A stretch of DNA of 37,358 nt from Lenisia limosa. Taxonomy: Eukaryota > Protista > Breviatea. Numbering within the stretch: position 1 is the stretch's first letter; every line of letters begins with the position of its first letter. A program made the translations under genes and the position numbers. The DNA is taken from NCBI GenBank assembly GCA_001655205.1, contig LPNZ01011722.1:1-37358 (forward strand), written 5' to 3'. The notes under the pieces were generated by a model. The model was not told where the DNA came from, did not search any database, and saw only the letters and a program-made list of their open reading frames with translations. This document shows positions 31,701-37,358 of this stretch, in pieces.

Positions 31701-34700
31701 TTGTGTTACGCCTATCACCGAAGAAGACGTCAATGAAAGTGATCTCGAGATCACTGTTCTGCGAAGAAGGCTCCTCCGCGCTGCCGCGGCCGGGAGTGAT
31801 GACGTAGCCAACGCGGCTCTTTCGTGGAAGCATCCCAGCTGGTGTGCTGACGGCTTGTACCCGCTGTTTTCCAAGACCCAGTACAAGGCCTCGGGATCCT
31901 TTGCCACCCTGCAGCGCATGACTGTGCCGATATCGGAGAGACTCGAGAATCTTGCCGCCTCCGAGCCAGTTTCCGAACTGAACTTGGCGCCACAGTTTGC
32001 GCTCGCGTTGTGCCAGGTTGGTGTTGGTGGTAGTTTACTTTTTAGCTTTGTTTTTACTCCCAAAATAGATTTTCTTTGTAGCTCTTAATAAATCTCTTGT
32101 TTTGTTGGGCTTTATTTTTGGACCGAAGTGAAGACTTTGTTTGTCAAAATGTACAATATTAAAGCCTTGTTTTGCTTGAACCTTGATTTGAGTTTGATGG
32201 ACATAGACGATGGAAGCGCGCGATCTGTCAGCAAGTATTGCTTGCCTTCTTGCAGGGAATTCGGCGGACGTTTTACCTGGCCTGGCACTGGGATCAGGCC
32301 TTGTGGCCAAATTGGACCTCTGCTATTCCATCATTCAAATGGCCCTGAAGGAGTAAGCCTTAATATTACATTATCAAAAGGGTATATTAAAATAAAGACA
32401 TAAGCTTACCCTGAAGGAGGTACATGTATTCTGTTCCATATTATCCCTTCTCAACATAATATCCTTCTTTTATTCCCACGGTTAACCTCCAAGGTGCTCC
32501 CAAGACCTTTGCGAGACTATTATGATGCTCCCGGCCACGTCAATGGCGGCAGTTGCCTTCGACAATGACGCGGATGTCCAAGGTGGGTGTTGCCATGCTC
32601 ATACATATCATATGATGTGTATGTGCAGTGACCAGAATAAGTTTTACTGATTTTCCTTTGGAAATCACATTGCAAATCGGTCAAGACTTATCTCGGTCAC
32701 TGTATGTAACTGTTTATTATTAATATACTATGTGGTTAATTTTTCACAGCTTATGATGATTGAAAGAGGGCTTCGTTTCTGACTATTCAGAACCCGCCAA
32801 AGTGGTAACCATCCCCTCTGTCGCTCCCATTGTGGTTAAGTCTAAAGCAGGCTTGGAACTAGCGGAAAGAAGGTGTGTGGAAATTTGCTGAGCTTAAAAA
32901 TACAAAGGTTTCGACAGCGGTGAGATATTTTGAGATATTTTTTTAAGATAACAACAAAATGCAAATTCCAAATGGTATAATTGACCCAAATAGCGTGGCC
33001 TGTGGTGAAGTGGTAACAGACGCTGCTCTTGCACATGAACTCAAAATCTTGCTTCCCGAGGTTGACCCTTCCTCGTGGGCATGGGGATAATAGTGTTTAG
33101 GTCCTTTGCAAGATTAAAGCAACAATCAATCCTATTAAGATGCTACTTCTCTGGTGCTTCAACAATTCCAACAGAATCCTCTTTTTTTTTCTCTTATTAT
33201 CAAATACATTCAACTCCATGTAGATTTGCAGTCAATATTGAATATAAGGAAGACGTCATTTTCATGCTCGCCCAAATGGAGGAAGGCGAAGGTCTGAGCT
33301 CGGCATTTACGTTGTCGGCAAGATACAAGTCTCCACCAAGGTCAGCTTCCATCCAAAGCACATATCTAATCTTTCATGCAGCTTTTCCGAAAAAGACTAG
33401 GAAAATATCAATATTTATTGGATATAGTATATGATACCGATAAAACGCCCTTTTTCAGTTACAGAATTAACATTCCTTTATCCACACAGATGGACTGTTG
33501 CGTGGTACCATATTACCGCAATGTTCGCTGGAAACAGCAGTCTTCTACCAAGGTCCGAGGAAACATTTTAGGGCCTGTGTTATAAATGTACACCAGTATT
33601 TCGTTTACTCTATCACGTATTCTTACCTATTAGCGCCATGGAAAGAGTTCAAGAGGAGCTTCTCACAAAACCACAGCATTTAGTTGATCTTTTAGTTACT
33701 GAGGTTGGTGCGGCTTTTTCATGTGGTGGTAGCTCCCTTCAATTATGTATATTTCCAACATTCATTACATATTCACCATCGAAAATGTGACTTCTTTCTC
33801 TTATTTGTCTCAAATGTTAAGCTAAAAGGAATTGTCTTGGGGGGGGGGGGGNNNNNNNNNNNNNNNNNNNNNNNNNNNNNNNNNNNNNNNNNNNNNNNNN
33901 NNNNNNNNNNNNNNNNNNNNNNNNNNNNNNNNNNNNNNNNNNNNNNNNNNNNNNNNGATGAGATGCGGTGCTACAGAAGCAGCTGGCCTGGGCTTTTTTT
34001 GTTTTGATGTTTTCAACCCTCGTGTGTTGCAGCCATCAGAGTTGATGTGGCTTTTTTGTTTTTTTTATTCATAAATTTTACAGAGTATTTACCCCCCCAA
34101 CAGGTCTGGCCTGTCATGAACTGTAAGGACCACCATAGCTGTACGGCGTACTTCACACTGCTCCTGGAAGCCCAGCAAATGGCCACACAGAACGAGGTGC
34201 GTCTTAACCTTGTGTCTTGAGGGCTCTACTCCTGTCAGTTTTGTGAAGCGAAATGAAGCCCTTTGTTTCGCTTCAAAATGCTACTTCAAAATGCTACGAA
34301 GGATGCTCGCGTAACTTTCTTTTCCCCCTTGGTTACCAGAGTTGTATTTTCGATTATATTGCTTGACACCGCATGTTCCTCCTAACGGACCAGGACGACG
34401 ACATAGTCAACGGTTTGTTGCGCGATGGCACTATTGCCGCTTCCAGAGCCGAGAGTTGCAAGTCACATTTAGCCTTCCTTGCAAAGGTGGGGGAGGGGGC
34501 TAAGATATTAAGGGGGAAATTAAACTCTGACCCTCAGCAAGTTGTTTGTTGCATTTACTTCATTTACTCCTCCCCCTAGACCTCCGGACACATCACGGAC
34601 CTGAGCTACCGCGACATTGTTGAGACGGCCCGCAGTGCCACATCATCACCCATGGATATCGGCAAGAGAATTGCTCAGGTGGGGGGGGGGNNNNNNNNNN

Positions 34701-37358
34701 NNNNNNNNNNNNNNNNNNNNNNNNNNNNNNNNNNNNNNNNNNNNNNNNNNNNNNNNNNNNNNNNNNNNNNNNNNNNNNNNNNNNNNNNNNNNNNNNNNNN
34801 NNNNNNNNNNNNNNNNNNNNNNNNNNNNNNNNNNNNNNNNNNNNNNNNNNNNNNNNNNNNNNNNNNNNNNNNNNNNNNNNNNNGTGCTTTTTTTTTTTTC
34901 TTCTTTTTTTTCCTTGTTTTTTCTTGCTCCCTTTTTTCTTGATATTTTCTTATCGCAGCAGTTGATTGCCCTTGCTGTGAACCAGCACGACATAGTGATA
35001 GTAGCCAAGAGTGTGGTCAAGCTGAGTGATGCCCTGGGACTCGACCGCAGCTGCCTCAATATGTCCCTTGTCACTGCCAACTTCATGGCCAGGAGGGCGG
35101 CCACTGTCTCTATCGTCAAGTGGGGGAGGGTGTTGGAAATCAATGATATCGTTGTAGCATTTCAAGCACCCATCCTATTTTGGGATCTTTGGGTACTTCC
35201 ATCCGAGGAGCATCCCTCTGGTGTTGTCAAGGGTCTCACAGCGTAGATTTGACGAGGCGTGGGAGGAGATGGTGTCATCGTGGCAACGGCTGGACCCCGA
35301 ACATCTCGTGACGATTGCTCATGCTGTGGTTGGGCGCTTGCCTCCTGTTGTGGCTGTGCCGGTACCTGCTCTGCTGACTTCGTTGGGACAGGTGGGCCGT
35401 GTTTGGTTTATTTTTGCAATATTTAACGACTTTTCTTGGATTCATTTCATGTCAATGTGTATCATGTTTAGCAACATCACAATCTGCAATCCCAATCCCC
35501 CTCCCCTTCCCTCTCAAAGAATATATCTTTTGTGTGTTATACCAGTCATTTGTGAGAGCAACACTGACCAGCAATTTGACTGGACTAGGTGAGCGGAGGG
35601 CTCAACGGAATCGTAAAGCGAAGTTCAACTGGTCACCGGATGAGAGGTCTCTCGGCTGTCAGCAAGGTAAGGCGCAACCTCCTAATTAGTCTGCTATTCT
35701 GGGCTGAACTTACTATATTAGGAAGCTTTAACGCCGCATTTGCTCGCAGTATCGAATCTAGCCAAATGGGTGAAGGCAGTGAGTACAGCGGAACTGCCGG
35801 ATTTGGTCGAGGGTCAGGAGTGGGCACGACAAGTGGGGGGGGGGGGNNNNNNNNNNNNNNNNNNNNNNNNNNNNNNNNNNNNNNNNNNNNNNNNNNNNNN
35901 NNNNNNNNNNNNNNNNNNNNNNNNNNNNNNNNNNNNNNNTAATCATCAATAAAATATATGATTCTTGGAAAGGGTAACTGAACGAAAAAGAGTGTTTCAA
36001 TGATAAAGTCAAATTCCCGAAACGCAATTCTACTCACACATTAGGTTCTTCAAGCTTCTGGTGGGAGCGTGGACAGATTGACAACTATTGAGTTCGCTAT
36101 GATTTCAAACGGTTAGTGAATGGCATTGAGGGTCATAACAAAACAGCAATTATTTTACCAAGTTAATATATTTATTTCACGTTAGCTTTCCTTACCCCCC
36201 ACCTCTTCATCAGGTAACAAGGCCTCTGTGGTGCGTGAAGCCTTACTTTGCTGTCTCCGGGACTATGATGATGAGTTGTCACGCTCGTTGTCAAAGAAAC
36301 AAAAGGTATAATTATAAATATTTTCACTTTATTATATATCATTTTGAAAACATAGAATATGTTGGCCAAATCAAGCAAAACTCCCCAAGCACTTACCAAA
36401 CAGGAAGCTGAGGCGAGCAGTGTTGCTGAAACATATGCCAACAAGGCCCTTACTAGTGTCAACACCGTGCTTCAGGACCTTCTTGCGTGCTGTCGCAATA
36501 AGCGGAGCAATGAGGTCCAAATCAACACCAAGTTCTTCACACCGAAAATGTTGGAGGACTTTCTAATGAGTTTCGCCATTTCAGAGTTGAGGGTATCAGA
36601 TGTATACGGCCATCTGCTCCTTTGTACATCTAACAACTCGACTGGTCTGGGCTTCTTTTTTTTTTTTTTTTTTTTNNNNNNNNNNNNNNNNNNNNNNNNN
36701 NNNNNNNNNNNNNNNNNNNNNNNNNNNNNNNNNNNNNNNNNNNNNNNNNNNNNNNNNNNNNNNNNGTTCCAAAATCCTGAAGATTGGATCTCGAGCTGGC
36801 CGCCAACAAACGTGTTCAGTGCCCTTACGTCTTTGAGACGAACAGTCCACCATTCCGTCTTCGGCCTGAACGGTGAATCATCTGTCTTCCACGCTGTCAA
36901 CCTGGTTGGCTACTGTATCTTTATTCGTTATCTGTTTTTTTTTTGGAAAACAGTGAGTAATATTTCCCAATATTGTTAGGCTAGGAGTATGCATATTGTT
37001 GACCAAGCTAGGTCCGCTCTGCGGGAATGTCACGTGACCTTTCGCCAACCCTCCGCATAGACCTCCTTTCGATCGCGTCGGAAGCGGAAGCGGCAAGCAT
37101 CCGAGCCGCCGAAGCCGACGGAATCGCCGTTTTGGATAACAGTGACGCAGCCACGATTGGCTGGGAGTCTGAGCTTTTGGCCCTGAACACGTCACTGAAT
37201 TGGGACATTTTGCTGGTTGAGCCGATTGAAGCCGACCAATTAGCTTCGGAGTTGGCTCGGAAGTCGGTCATGCAGACTGTCCTCAGCCATGTCGTGGATC
37301 TAGGTGCGGATCAGGCTTGGTAACTATAGTTTCCTTCGTTTTATCATCTTACTCCCCC
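22757..37358 (+). CDS. NBAS: NBAS / Sec39-family tethering factor with N-terminal beta-propeller; 3' end probably beyond the window
   Basis: Propeller motifs LRQISWSPCGRFLAVCSSDGKV and AAYHPGSDLMFIAG; LLKELLDHHESLIGNTIPLLACLPETSPVASYQDHLP; WYLERALEIDDWTGLVSESVALLQCAVDNG; LLTKPQHLVDLLVTEVWPVMNCKDHHSCTAYFTLL. All are collinear with NBAS as I recall it. The window ends in an acceptor-like ttactccccc. Five N-gaps. Confidence 0.9.
32626..32702. mobile_element. Miniature inverted-repeat element, copy B (77 bp)
   Basis: CAGTGACCAGAATAAG ... CTTATCTCGGTCACTG inverted ends, right flank TA (left flank TG); shares gcaaatcggtcaagNcttatc with copy A; inside NBAS intron 32583-32790. Confidence 0.65.
33987..34032 (+). 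repeat. Dispersed intronic repeat, copy 2 (copy 1 at 7494-7536)
   Basis: Aligns over about 45 bp to 7494-7536; lies in the middle of NBAS intron 33704-34103. Confidence 0.75.

Larger units (their letters stand above)
1801..36765. other. Twelve assembly gaps (N-runs)
   Basis: Gaps at 1801-1880, 5993-6311, 7537-7675, 9304-9380, 12324-12369, 13068-13132, 13438-13673, 28960-29132, 33852-33956, 34691-34883, 35847-35939, 36676-36765. Eight start directly after, or within a base of, a G, C or T run. Confidence 0.99.

Noticed and set aside
32753-32782. ATGATGA ... CTGA box pair in an NBAS intron
   Set aside because: Only 30 nt long, too short for a snoRNA, and the CTGA is the likely branch motif.
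33957-34046. GC-AG intron plus micro-exon within NBAS
   Set aside because: The flanking exons already join in frame and match NBAS (LLVTE|VWPVM) across a single intron 33704-34103.
5817-35952. Long ORF calls that run through N-gaps (e.g. 5817-6362, 13431-13916, 34617-35246)
   Set aside because: Their length is an artefact of Ns containing no stop codons.
37321-37323. TAA as the NBAS stop codon
   Set aside because: It overlaps a plausible donor (tg|gtaact) and the window ends in an acceptor-like ttactccccc, so the gene probably continues; not certain.

Overview
Draft-assembly scaffold from an intron-rich eukaryote (organism not identifiable from this window). Introns are GT-AG, the genetic code is standard, and there are 12 N-gaps, most starting right after G/C/T homopolymers. 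Manual splicing gives seven protein genes on strictly alternating strands: (+) a 5'-truncated giant single-pass surface protein (Cys-rich, FN3, REJ-like, GAIN/GPS-like, DUF4215-like, TM) ending at 9665; (-) CHTOP/FoP-like RGG protein 9925-10897; (+) PRP18 11050-13417; (-) FHA-domain Pro-rich protein ~13795-17448; (+) atypical N-myristoylated Ras-superfamily GTPase 17878-19559; (-) DCC1 19670-22147; (+) NBAS/Sec39 from 22757, running off the window. I found no rRNA, tRNA, CRISPR array or autonomous transposon. The most unusual signals are intronic: two copies of a 54/77-bp TA-flanked inverted-repeat element, two pairs of introns sharing sequence, and splice-signal architecture with G-runs after donors and C-runs before acceptors. 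The GTPase has deviant G-motifs, and the CHTOP/PRP18 promoter has a palindromic double TATA. All family assignments rest on motif recognition from memory, and exon boundaries are manual predictions; no searches were run.
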